From contig JAADFO010000053.1 in the NCBI GenBank assembly GCA_013152815.1, positions 1 through 27,703 of the forward strand: a stretch of 27,703 bases of DNA. Reading direction: 5' to 3'. Origin of the DNA: Nanobdellati archaeon (GTDB lineage Archaea; Nanobdellota; Nanobdellia; Woesearchaeales; JAADFO01). Below, in pieces: positions 1 through 8,611 of the stretch. Both the position numbers and the translations under genes were made by a program. Each line of letters starts with the position of its first letter. The stretch's first letter is position 1. Below the pieces are notes generated by a model. The model worked only from the letters and a program-made list of their open reading frames with translations, was not told the DNA's origin and made no database searches.

Positions 1-1205
1 ACATAGAACGCAAGCATCGGAAGGAAAGTAATCCACCACACCCCTTTTTTCCAGGCATAGATGGACTTTCCTGAGAAAGGACGCAGAGGAAGCATCTGGA
101 TGAAGCCTATGCTGATGGCCAGGAGCATGATCATCTGGACGAGGACAGAGGGTGCGAGGAAGTTCCAGACGAAGAAGACAAGGAATGCAAGAAACGTCAT
201 GAGATTGATGTAGAAATTGACTTTTCCTTCAGTCTTCTTGTCCTTCTCATCCTCAGAGATCACATAGCCCGCGAGGGAGAAGGTGTTGCCGAGCCAGCCG
301 GACAGGATCGTTATCAGTCCGCCCCACCACCAGAACACATACTCAGTATGATGGCCATGCACCCTGTCGAAGACGAGCCGGGTGAGGTTTCTCAGGGCGT
401 AGATGACCATGTTGGCCAGCACGTTGACCAGCACGAACTCAAGGACCGACTCGTCGCTGAGAAAGGTATATGAGATGGCGATGGCAAACACTAAAGCAGC
501 CATGAAGATGGCCAGCCATTCCCGCCATTTGATGCGGATGCCCTTGAGATGGGTACCTCTAAAATGGGCCTTCAGCTCTTTCTTTTTTATCCGCTTCATG
601 ACCTTTGCCGAGACGAACAGCCGCAGGATCTTATTGGAGAAGTGGAAGAGGAATTTCCAGAGCCAGAGCAGGAAGAAGCTGATGCCGGTGGCGACGACAG
701 GAACATACTTGACCGGGATGAAGGATGCCAACGGAGACTTTTCAGCTGATGTCCTGGCTGCATTGTAGTAACCTGCCTTGTCCGAGAAGATGATGGCGAC
801 CTTTCTTCCCTTTTCATAGACAAAATCAACGACCGCTGTCGTGAGCTCATGGTGCTCGACACGCAGATCAGGGTTGTCCAGAAGCTCTTTGCTGATGCTG
901 TTCTGCTTCGGTCCTCCGATAAGGACAAGGATTGTAGATGCGTTGGGATCCCATGCAAAGGATGATTCTGGGACAGGCTCCATCCGTGCCACCTGGGGCT
1001 GCGACTCCCGAAGATAGGCGAAGGCCAGCCGCTCTGCAGCTGTCGTATAGGTTCCCTGGACGATCTGGATCTCGCCCGACGAGGATTCCAGGAAGGCATG
1101 CACCTCTTCCTCGATGCCAGAGAAATCATCAACCAGGGCGCCCTGGACCATAAGAGACTGAAGAAGGAAGAGGAAAGCCAAGAGGTGGAAGAGTTTGACC
1201 ATCAT
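1..1205 (-). CDS. Membrane protein, truncated at the window edge (C-terminus lies beyond position 1). Signal peptide, ~200-aa extracytoplasmic region, polytopic C-terminal TM domain. Function unknown.
   Basis: Own reverse-strand translation runs uninterrupted from the ATG (complement of 1203-1205; MMVKLFHLLAFLFLLQSLMVQG...) to position 1. It is absent from the ORF track, presumably because edge-truncated ORFs are excluded; the clear +strand ORF at the 3' end of the window is also unlisted. It contains several long hydrophobic helices. Track ORFs 403-768(+), 596-1132(-) and 938-1153(+) are other-frame artefacts of GC-rich DNA. Confidence 0.55.
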   Translation of the reverse strand, partial: MMVKLFHLLAFLFLLQSLMVQGALVDDFSGIEEEVHAFLESSSGEIQIVQGTYTTAAERLAFAYLRESQPQVARMEPVPESSFAWDPNASTILVLIGGPKQNSISKELLDNPDLRVEHHELTTAVVDFVYEKGRKVAIIFSDKAGYYNAARTSAEKSPLASFIPVKYVPVVATGISFFLLWLWKFLFHFSNKILRLFVSAKVMKRIKKKELKAHFRGTHLKGIRIKWREWLAIFMAALVFAIAISYTFLSDESVLEFVLVNVLANMVIYALRNLTRLVFDRVHGHHTEYVFWWWGGLITILSGWLGNTFSLAGYVISEDEKDKKTEGKVNFYINLMTFLAFLVFFVWNFLAPSVLVQMIMLLAISIGFIQMLPLRPFSGKSIYAWKKGVWWITFLPMLAFY

Positions 1206-1635
1206 GTATCGAACAGAGGGCAAGACTCCCTATTAATTAATTTTTTGGATAGGATAACAATCAGACGACAAAGGACAAAAAGTCTTCAGGAGGATGATCC
1301 AACAGACAACGGGCTGCTCTCCAGATCTCCGACCTTCAAGATGTGCAGAACCAATCTTCAATGCATTTACAGCAGCAGGTTTCTTTGAGCATCTCAGAAT
1401 CAGGTCGAATACGTCGTTTCAACCGATACGGACGGCAGCGATGGCCGGATCTGAACGAGCAATCGCTCTTCGCGACAAGAAGAAGAAAGCAGAAGAGAGG
1501 ATGAAGTGAAATTCTGATATTTTTCGGAATCCTTGCGGGAAATCTTTTTATTTCCATATGGAAAGGATAAGAGTAAGCACTCTCAAGTAAGAAATTATTT
1601 TAAAGAAGAATCCATTCCTTAAAGGGGGGATCACA

Positions 1636-2790
1636 ATGGGACAAATCAACATCATCGAGTCTGGGCTGTATACACATCGGAGCTACAATTTTCCCAGACA
1701 ACAATATTTCAATCTTTTCAATGCGAGAGCAGCAATAAAAAGAACAGCCTCATCCGATCTAGAGAAGAAGATCATCTCATCTTTTTATTATCAAGGACAA
1801 ATCGACAAGACACGTCCAGTTCAGACAGGCACATTCAAGTTAAGGTCAGAAGAAAGCAGACAATATTCCCTGGACATCACCGATTATATCATCGAGATGC
1901 TCTCTGATTCCGCTCTCCGGGATGAAATCAATGAACATCTTGGCAGATCAGGTCGTGAACCTGAAGAATTGAAACCAAGCCGGAAAGATATGGTGATCAC
2001 CAGCGGAAGAATAAGCGATATTCATGTCAGGGAAGTAAGAGATGTCAAGAACGAACTACGACCATTCTCCATTTCTGATCCGCATGGGGCCACACTGGAA
2101 CTCAAGGATCTTTTTTCTGGAAAAGAATATCATTCGGATCGAAGAGAATTCTCTCCAGGCATTTCAGATGTCCTTCAACAGCCAGATTCCCTTTTTGCAT
2201 TAGCATTTCAGAAAGCAGAATCCAACCAGACGGATCTAGAAGAATTCAAGAGAGCATATCATCCTGAGATACGTGATATGGTATATTCTCCCGAAGACAA
2301 ACATGTTGTCTTCTTCGAAAACATGAGAGCGAACATCGATCTTCAGATGAACATAGCAGCAGTAGCAAGTTTCAATACACAGGCATACAGGTTTTTTTCA
2401 GGTAAGACAAAAGTCAATCGCAAAGCAGACATAGTCATACCTGCAAGAATCAATGTTGATGCAATCCTTGATCCGGTCTATCACTATCCCTTCGCGATCA
2501 GGTTCAATTCTATCAAAAACATGGCGTTCTCAGATCATCTCCCGAGAAGGCGTGTTAAAGTCAACCAGGTATATGATAAGTCAAAGACAACAGAGGAAGG
2601 GAATAGTGTATTCTGGACCTGGTTTAGCTACTCGAGCATTTTCACGCAGGTAGGTAGTTACCTGATAGGTCATGCAAACAATCAACCGTTTTTGGGATCG
2701 GTGCTCGGGGGGCTTGAAGTATCTGGAATCATCGGACTCATCGCCACAGTGTATCATCTGAAAAATAAATACGTCCAACAGCCGTGGTGA
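1636..2790 (+). CDS. Hypothetical protein, 384 aa, with C-terminal hydrophobic/glycine-zipper TM segment(s) (FLGSVLGGLEVSGIIGLIATVYHL). First gene of a three-gene operon.
   Basis: Long ORF in an AT-richer block. A G-rich SD-like element (aaaggggggatcacaATG) and a TATA-like aaattattttaaag lie ~35 nt upstream. No recognisable catalytic motifs. Confidence 0.7.
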   Translation: MGQINIIESGLYTHRSYNFPRQQYFNLFNARAAIKRTASSDLEKKIISSFYYQGQIDKTRPVQTGTFKLRSEESRQYSLDITDYIIEMLSDSALRDEINEHLGRSGREPEELKPSRKDMVITSGRISDIHVREVRDVKNELRPFSISDPHGATLELKDLFSGKEYHSDRREFSPGISDVLQQPDSLFALAFQKAESNQTDLEEFKRAYHPEIRDMVYSPEDKHVVFFENMRANIDLQMNIAAVASFNTQAYRFFSGKTKVNRKADIVIPARINVDAILDPVYHYPFAIRFNSIKNMAFSDHLPRRRVKVNQVYDKSKTTEEGNSVFWTWFSYSSIFTQVGSYLIGHANNQPFLGSVLGGLEVSGIIGLIATVYHLKNKYVQQPW

Positions 2791-2799
2791 AACAATAAG

Positions 2800-3588
2800 A
2801 TGGCAGACGACCTCATGGCGAAGAAGAATCTCGAGAGGATCCTGAACAACACGTCTATCGGTAAGATTCGCCAGATCGAATCCTTCTTTAATTTTAGTCT
2901 CGACGATCAAAGCTACACGGCAGAAGAAAAGCTCGCGTTCATCAAGAGCTACACGATTGTCAAGAAGAACGCTGCTGCCCATTCTGCCAGCAAAGACCTC
3001 ATCCATGAACAGAAACAGGCCGATCTTGAAGTGGAAGACTATAAACACGAGAAATCCATGGAACTTGAAGCGGCAAGGTTCAAGGCGCTCGACTACACAC
3101 TCACCAAATTCTTGGGGATGCTCGCTGAGAATAACCAGAGTCAACTCAAACAGATCGAAAGCAAGTTCAACGAGATAAGCGAACAAGCAAAAGGGATCAA
3201 GCTGCTGCCTGAACATGCGAGCACCATCCCTTCTGAACATGATGATGCTTCAGAATATGTTGCGTTGATGCCCACCTATTCAAATTGTTGGAGAAAACAT
3301 GACGATGGTCATGCCGGACCAGAACACGCCATCCTGACCATGACCGCCAAAGATGGGCTTCATATGCGCTGTCTCGTTGCATACGCTGCTCAAAATCCGG
3401 GAGACAAAGGATTTGCACGATTGAAATACCAGATATTCCACGAAGAACTTTTGCGCCAGGGAGATTGCCCCAGGCCATACAGCCGCAGCATCTCCCGCAG
3501 GATTCCAGGCATCAGTTGGCTTCTTACAAAACCCGGCATCTGCCCCTTAGCTGATGGCAAAGAACACGTCATAGCATACAACACGTAA
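2800..3588 (+). CDS. Hypothetical protein, 262 aa. The N-terminal half looks coiled-coil-like; the C-terminal half is Cys/His-rich (NCWRKHDDGH, HMRC, GDCP, GICP).
   Basis: ORF begins 10 nt after the stop of the previous gene and ends 1 nt before the next ATG (operon arrangement). No recognisable family motifs. Confidence 0.65.
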   Translation: MADDLMAKKNLERILNNTSIGKIRQIESFFNFSLDDQSYTAEEKLAFIKSYTIVKKNAAAHSASKDLIHEQKQADLEVEDYKHEKSMELEAARFKALDYTLTKFLGMLAENNQSQLKQIESKFNEISEQAKGIKLLPEHASTIPSEHDDASEYVALMPTYSNCWRKHDDGHAGPEHAILTMTAKDGLHMRCLVAYAAQNPGDKGFARLKYQIFHEELLRQGDCPRPYSRSISRRIPGISWLLTKPGICPLADGKEHVIAYNT

Positions 3589-3589
3589 A

Positions 3590-4528
3590 ATGAACCTCAT
3601 CCCAGACAGTAGCTTTATGGATCCCGAAGATGTCAAGCTAGAGGGACTCATCAACGCCGCTCAGGATGAGATAGCAGGTGCAAAAGACCCGAAGATCTAT
3701 GTCGTCAACCTCATCGAAGACATCTTCCATCCGAACATGAAGAAACTCATCGCACAGATTGATGCCTACGGAGACCCCGGGAAGTCGTTAATACCTTTCT
3801 TCCAGGACCACATGAATGCTGCAAGCTTTCTCAACAGCATCGGTTATACCTCTTTCAGACCAGACGAAGTCGCAAGGCTCTTTAATGTAGTCACAAGGAT
3901 GATCATTGAAGATTCCATTCGCTCCAATAATGTTGAGCTTGATAACCTGATCGTTCCTGACATGCTTTCCCGAGAACTGACAACCAAGACAAACCAGAAG
4001 TTACAGACCATTGAACAAGATATCTACTTCAATCCCGAAGAACTCACACAGTATGGATATCTGAGGGATAAGGCTTTTGATTTCATGGACCGCCAGTCCG
4101 GAGAGTTAGATTATGATCTCCTCTTTGACCAAGGCATGAAAGATCTTAAAGTCGGACAATCACATAAAGAACACATCTACCTAAAATATTGGTTGACGCA
4201 GGCGTTCCTGCACCATGAAGGGATCATACACCAGGACACCATCGAAAGCATGGCTCAACTGAAAAGAACCTACAAAAAACAAGCAGAAGAGTATCTTGAG
4301 CAGCTTAGAGAAGAAGGCGGTCCGGTCTCTGCAACCGACAAGAGAGACGGGGCTCTCATGATCAAGAATATGCATCCCACGTATAATGCGGGCAACTATG
4401 CAGGAAAGTTCATGCAATTCAGAGAACGTAAGATCCTGGCCGCGTTAAAGGAGTTAGGCATCTGCAAGGGAGAAGGCGCTTTCCCGAACATGCAAGATAA
4501 GTCCAGAGATACGCAAAAATTCTGCTGA
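3590..4528 (+). CDS. Hypothetical protein, 312 aa, soluble, no recognisable domain. Third gene of the operon.
   Basis: The ATG overlaps the preceding stop (taaaATG). Long ORF with the same low-GC composition as its operon neighbours. Confidence 0.65.
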   Translation: MNLIPDSSFMDPEDVKLEGLINAAQDEIAGAKDPKIYVVNLIEDIFHPNMKKLIAQIDAYGDPGKSLIPFFQDHMNAASFLNSIGYTSFRPDEVARLFNVVTRMIIEDSIRSNNVELDNLIVPDMLSRELTTKTNQKLQTIEQDIYFNPEELTQYGYLRDKAFDFMDRQSGELDYDLLFDQGMKDLKVGQSHKEHIYLKYWLTQAFLHHEGIIHQDTIESMAQLKRTYKKQAEEYLEQLREEGGPVSATDKRDGALMIKNMHPTYNAGNYAGKFMQFRERKILAALKELGICKGEGAFPNMQDKSRDTQKFC

Positions 4529-4727
4529 TCATTCTCGATCGACAGACGGATGGATTGCTTCATTTTATGGCCATAATCATGCACACAACCATTATAACCT
4601 ATACTTTGGAGAGGTTGTTTTTATGGGTTTCGTCCGAGCCACACTAAACCATTCAGGGACGAGAAAGTGCTTGAAGTGCGACTAGGAGCCATCCCAATTA
4701 CGACTCTTACAGATCCTAACACAAAAT

Positions 4728-5096
4728 TCATTTCTTCTTATAGCCGAATAATTTATTGTATTTATCATGATCCAGATACTCAAGAATAAATGCAATTATT
4801 TCTACTTCGTCACCAATAAGCGTATAGAGAAGCCTCCAATAGCCGACAAGTTCAACTCTAAAAAGTTTATCTGTTCCGTAACGATTGGCAACTTTGTTAT
4901 TTATGTATTTCCTGGGTATCAAATCACCAAAATAAGGATTTGCTTTTATGTTTCGAATGGCTGTATTAATTGAAGTGAGTAGTTGTTCATATGTTGGCTT
5001 CTTATTTATCTTTTTTCCTTTGGCAACGCATTCTTGTAACGCCTTAAACTCTTCATATGCTTCATCATCAAATTTCACAACTACTTGCTTATCCAT
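4728..5096 (-). CDS. RelE/ParE-family type II toxin.
   Basis: C-terminal ...KLFRVELVGYWRLLYTLIGDEVEIIAFILEYLDHDKYNK matches the RelE/ParE pattern [FY]R..LG.YR[LI][LI]Y.[VLI]...V.I..I..R...Y, as in archaeal aRelE. The N-terminus begins VVKFDDEAYEEFKAL. Its start lies 1 nt after the stop of the upstream small gene. Very AT-rich. Confidence 0.65.
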   Translation of the reverse strand: MDKQVVVKFDDEAYEEFKALQECVAKGKKINKKPTYEQLLTSINTAIRNIKANPYFGDLIPRKYINNKVANRYGTDKLFRVELVGYWRLLYTLIGDEVEIIAFILEYLDHDKYNKLFGYKKK

Positions 5097-5097
5097 C

Positions 5098-5382
5098 TTA
5101 CATTACAGTGACCGCTTTCTTAAGCTTAATTTTTAGCTTATTACTTATGTCCTCTTTGTAGATCCAGATTATTCCTGCCTCTAGCATTGCAATCTTTCCG
5201 CTCTCTTCCAAATAAGATAAGATCAGATTCAATGTCGGTCTCATTATTTTCTTGGCAAGTCGTCTATCTATTTCATTTTTGGATAATGGCTCTTTTGCAG
5301 CTTTCATTATAGTCTCCACATTAAGTATAGTATCAAGCCGCGGGTAATGTAAAACTCGTTTCAATGCTTGCATCATAGTCAC
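5098..5382 (-). CDS. Putative antitoxin or transcriptional regulator with a winged-helix-like region (LSKNEIDRRLAKKIMRPTLNLILSYLEESGKIAMLEAGIIWI), cognate partner of the RelE/ParE toxin.
   Basis: 94-aa ORF immediately upstream of, and co-directional with, the toxin (1-nt gap). A BRE/TATA-like aaaaggtttatatat sits ~45 nt upstream on the minus strand (about 5408-5422). Confidence 0.5.
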   Translation of the reverse strand: MTMMQALKRVLHYPRLDTILNVETIMKAAKEPLSKNEIDRRLAKKIMRPTLNLILSYLEESGKIAMLEAGIIWIYKEDISNKLKIKLKKAVTVM

Positions 5383-5768
5383 CTATAAACTTATATCATA
5401 GCATAAGTACATATCATATATAAACCTTTTCTTTCTAGAGGAGACAGTGACCGTAAAGGTATAACCCAGAAGAGCTTTTTAGGACAATGAAACCGACTAT
5501 CTTGAATGAGCCCGGAGATGCGCAGACACCCCATAATATGCGCAAATACTTCATAATATGTATGTGTGCTTGAGGGAAACCATAGGTTGACCGAAACATA
5601 CTTCGGGCTTCAGGATCGAAAAAGTACAGTGCACGGCAATCAAAGATTGCTGGCATCCCAAAAATCTAGAGATTTTTGAGGACAACCGCTAGGTTGCGAA
5701 CAGATCTGAGCCCAGAGATACACAAAAATTTCTGATTCTTGGATATCCCTGTCTCATTTCCAAGAAAA

Positions 5769-5884
5769 TGAGCCCAGAGAGATTTGAACTCCCGACCCCA
5801 CGGTTACTTTCGGACAGCGTCTGAAAGGAGCAGACGCCAGTCTGCTAAGAGCCGTGTGCTCTAGCCAGGCTGAGCTATGGGCCC
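5769..5884 (-). tRNA. tRNA-Lys(CTT) with a ~41-nt intron at the canonical 37/38 position; no encoded CCA.
   Basis: Reverse complement folds by hand into a cloverleaf: acceptor GGGCCCA/TGGGCTC plus discriminator A; D-arm GCTC-AGCCTGGCTA-GAGC; anticodon stem CACGG/CCGTG with loop CTCTTA[intron]A, giving anticodon CTT; variable GGGTC; T-arm GGGAG-TTCAAAT-CTCTC. Confidence 0.85.
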
Positions 5885-5931
5885 GTATGGTTACGGAATG
5901 GAACTGGCAGAACCGGTCTGTTTTATAAATG

Positions 5932-6363
5932 TTATTGCTTGAATGGCGTATCTTCCTTGGTCAGGGGTTCGTGCACAGGGTGGTCGGAGCCTTCATCGAC
6001 CTCAAGCAGCTTGTTGATCTTCTTCAGTTCTGCAGCTTTTGATTCAGCATCCTTGATAGAATCCTCGATGATCTCGAAATCATCGAACGCGTCCTTTGAA
6101 GCAGACCACTTCTCTTTGACAGTCTCGATGACCGCCTGCTCAGGACCATGCTTCGCCCATTTGAGCAGGTCCTTCAGATCTTTCTCATCACCTTCGGCGA
6201 CCAACTCGACATCACCATTTGGCAGGTTCTTGACCCAGCCGTTGCACATGAGATTTGCGGCGATGTCCCGCGCAGAGGTCCGGTAGAAGACCCCCTGCAC
6301 AAGCCCTTTGATGATGAGGTGGAGCCGTTTTTTGACCATGGACACCAGAAAATATTTTGTCAT
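5932..6363 (-). CDS. acyP: Acylphosphatase with a ~50-aa acidic C-terminal extension.
   Basis: Both acylphosphatase signatures are present: IKGLVQGVFYR and GWVKNLPNGDVELVAEG. The start may be the internal MVKK (6339). Confidence 0.85.
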   Translation of the reverse strand: MTKYFLVSMVKKRLHLIIKGLVQGVFYRTSARDIAANLMCNGWVKNLPNGDVELVAEGDEKDLKDLLKWAKHGPEQAVIETVKEKWSASKDAFDDFEIIEDSIKDAESKAAELKKINKLLEVDEGSDHPVHEPLTKEDTPFKQ

Positions 6364-6588
6364 TTATATGCATTACCCTGCGGCAAAGAGGAGCAGAGAA
6401 AGGTTAACCCTGCAGAGAGATGCCAGATACCTTCCCTACTCCATCATTGTCCTCCTTTCAGTCGGAAATGCTGACAGTGATGGCACAGACGGTCATGCAT
6501 CTGGCAGAAAAGCAGAGGGTCTCATAATTAGCCGCAGAGAAAGAAAAATATAAAGGGGATTGATATTCTCATCATCGGAGGAACAACC

Positions 6589-6999
6589 ATGGCAGACAAC
6601 ATCTTCATGAAGATAATCAGCGGAGAGATCCCCTGCGCAAAGGTCCATGAGGACGATAGGGCATTGGCATTTCTCGACATCGCTCCTGCTGTCAAGGGTC
6701 ATACCCTGGTCATCCCCAAGACGCATTATGAGACGCTTGGCGAGGTGCCTGATGATCTCCTGGCGCACCTCTACAGGATAGCCAAGCAGATCGCGAACAA
6801 GATGGTCGAAAGCCTCGGATGTGATGGCTACAACATCCTCTCCAACAACAGACCAGCAGCAGGACAGATAGTGCCCCATGTGCACATCCACGTCATCCCC
6901 CGCTACGAGAACGACGGGGCCGGCCTGGTCTGGGAACCCAACAGGGCTGCATACAAAGAAGGCGAGATGGACGAGATGGCAGGGAAGCTGAAGATATAG
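6589..6999 (+). CDS. HIT-family (histidine triad) nucleotide hydrolase.
   Basis: Histidine-triad motif HVHIHVIPR and the typical N-terminus IFMKIISGEIP. A BRE/TATA-like gaaagaaaaatataaagggg lies ~40 nt upstream, followed by a ggaggaa SD-like element. Confidence 0.9.
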   Translation: MADNIFMKIISGEIPCAKVHEDDRALAFLDIAPAVKGHTLVIPKTHYETLGEVPDDLLAHLYRIAKQIANKMVESLGCDGYNILSNNRPAAGQIVPHVHIHVIPRYENDGAGLVWEPNRAAYKEGEMDEMAGKLKI

Positions 7000-7004
7000 A
7001 CGCA

Positions 7005-7352
7005 CTATTTCATCGGCAACGTAGCAATATACTTTTCGAGGACAGCTGCATAGTCCTCTGGAACAACGAGCCACTTCTCTTCCTTAAAACCCTTCGTGAT
7101 CTCCTGAATCAGGGGATCCGGGGGATTATAGACCGGACCGGTTAAAGGCATCTTCGCACGAGCCATCTTTTCAAGACCATATGTCTCGATCAGGATCTCT
7201 GCTAACCCTTTTGCGAAGATGAACGCTTCGGTTTCATCCGGAAAGACAACGATCCGACTATCGCTGAATCCCTTCTCATCAATCGAACGCGCTAACTCAG
7301 ATCCAGTTATCGCGCCAGAACGAAACAGCTCGACAGGTGTTGTAACATACAT
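7005..7352 (-). CDS. Hypothetical protein, 115 aa.
   Basis: ORF convergent with the HIT gene and divergent from the aminopeptidase gene. No family motif recognised. Confidence 0.5.
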   Translation of the reverse strand: MYVTTPVELFRSGAITGSELARSIDEKGFSDSRIVVFPDETEAFIFAKGLAEILIETYGLEKMARAKMPLTGPVYNPPDPLIQEITKGFKEEKWLVVPEDYAAVLEKYIATLPMK

Positions 7353-7470
7353 CCATATAGATAACAGAGAGCAGTTTTTAAAGGATCATATTGTTCATTT
7401 CCGTTACATTTAAATATCAGTATACAAATTAGGCTACTAATAGGGAAAACTATGATTCGCTGGCCATAAG

Positions 7471-8562
7471 ATGGATATTAAGACATACCTGGACTGGATA
7501 GCAAGAGAAGGACTGCTGAAGTATGTCAAGAAAGCCCATCCGGTCTTCATCCATGCGCTGCAGCAGAGTCTCACCCCCAAAGAAGGAGACACCATCCTCA
7601 TCGCAGGGGACAGAGGAACGTTGGACAGGAGAGTGCCTGCCCTGGTGCTCGCCAACTACATAGTCGCGGCGAAGAAGCTCAGGCTCGACCTGCGATTCGC
7701 GCTCCAGAAGCCGAAGGCGACCGGCTCAGCAGTGGGAGAGCAGGTCATGGAAGAGCTCCTCATGCTCCCTGAGAAGTCATTGATCGCCCTGTCACTTTCA
7801 GGAAAGCTCGGAAGCAGCAAGGAGATGGGCAAGTCCTTCCGGAAGTTCGTGAGCCAACATCGGCATCGGTTCATATCGACACCATCCCTCTCAGGCATGG
7901 TCACTCCAGGATTCAAGTATGTCGTCTCGGCCATGGATATTGATCTCCTCTCGCTCAGGGACCGGGGAGAAAAGCTCAAGCAGGTCTTGGATACGGGTGA
8001 AGAACTCCATATCTCGACCCGGAGAGGCACTGACCTCACGGTCGGGATAAGAGGCATGAAGTCCATCAACAACGACGGGATATACACCGAACCGGGTACC
8101 GGCGGCAATCTGCCGGCAGGAGAAGTGTATATCCCTCCCGCTCCTCTCAAGGTCGAGGGAACAATCGTCATCGACGGCTCGCTCAAGGACAAGGACAGGT
8201 GCAGCATCATCAGGAAGCCGGCCACGTTCATCGTCGAGAAAGGACGCATCGTCAGCATAGAGGGGGATGCGCTGGCCCGGAAGCTGGACCGTGACCTCGG
8301 ATGGGCAGAATCGGTCTCCAGGAGACCGAAGAACGTCAGGAAGATCGGCGAGATAGGCATCGGCACCAATCCCCGCGCAAAGGTCATAGGCCCGACCATC
8401 ATCAACGAGAAGGCATACGGCACAGCCCATGTCGCCATCGGCTCCAACGCATGGTTCGGCGGCGACATCAAGACCTTCGTGCATCTCGACCAGGTGTTCT
8501 ACGAACCCATCATCCAGGTGGATGGCAAGCTCTACAATCCGCACGGAAGGTATCAGCCATAG
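7471..8562 (+). CDS. M29-family aminopeptidase (AmpS/PepS/aminopeptidase T-like).
   Basis: Motifs NLPAGEVYIPP, EIGIGTN and AHVAIGSN at the spacing typical of thermophilic-metalloprotease (M29) aminopeptidases; 363 aa. Confidence 0.8.
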   Translation: MDIKTYLDWIAREGLLKYVKKAHPVFIHALQQSLTPKEGDTILIAGDRGTLDRRVPALVLANYIVAAKKLRLDLRFALQKPKATGSAVGEQVMEELLMLPEKSLIALSLSGKLGSSKEMGKSFRKFVSQHRHRFISTPSLSGMVTPGFKYVVSAMDIDLLSLRDRGEKLKQVLDTGEELHISTRRGTDLTVGIRGMKSINNDGIYTEPGTGGNLPAGEVYIPPAPLKVEGTIVIDGSLKDKDRCSIIRKPATFIVEKGRIVSIEGDALARKLDRDLGWAESVSRRPKNVRKIGEIGIGTNPRAKVIGPTIINEKAYGTAHVAIGSNAWFGGDIKTFVHLDQVFYEPIIQVDGKLYNPHGRYQP

Positions 8563-8611
8563 GGTTCTATCATCCATAAGGTTTATTAGGGAAGAAGCCA
8601 TCCCAGAAAGC

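Noticed and set aside
403-1388. Track ORFs 403-768(+), 549-749(+), 596-1132(-), 938-1153(+), 1098-1388(+).
   Set aside because: They lie in other frames or antisense to the long uninterrupted minus-strand membrane-protein ORF (1-1205). Their translations are Arg/Ser/Pro-rich nonsense typical of GC-rich antisense frames.
5435-5656. Track ORF 5435-5656(-), 73 aa, in the AT-rich spacer between the toxin-antitoxin operon and tRNA-Lys.
   Set aside because: Hydrophobic/odd composition, no start context, and it lies where island-decay sequence is expected. Probably not coding.
8429-8611. Upstream extension of the stomatin ORF (track start 8429).
   Set aside because: It overlaps the aminopeptidase gene in another frame. 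The SPFH protein's N-terminal TM helix begins at the Met at 8612.
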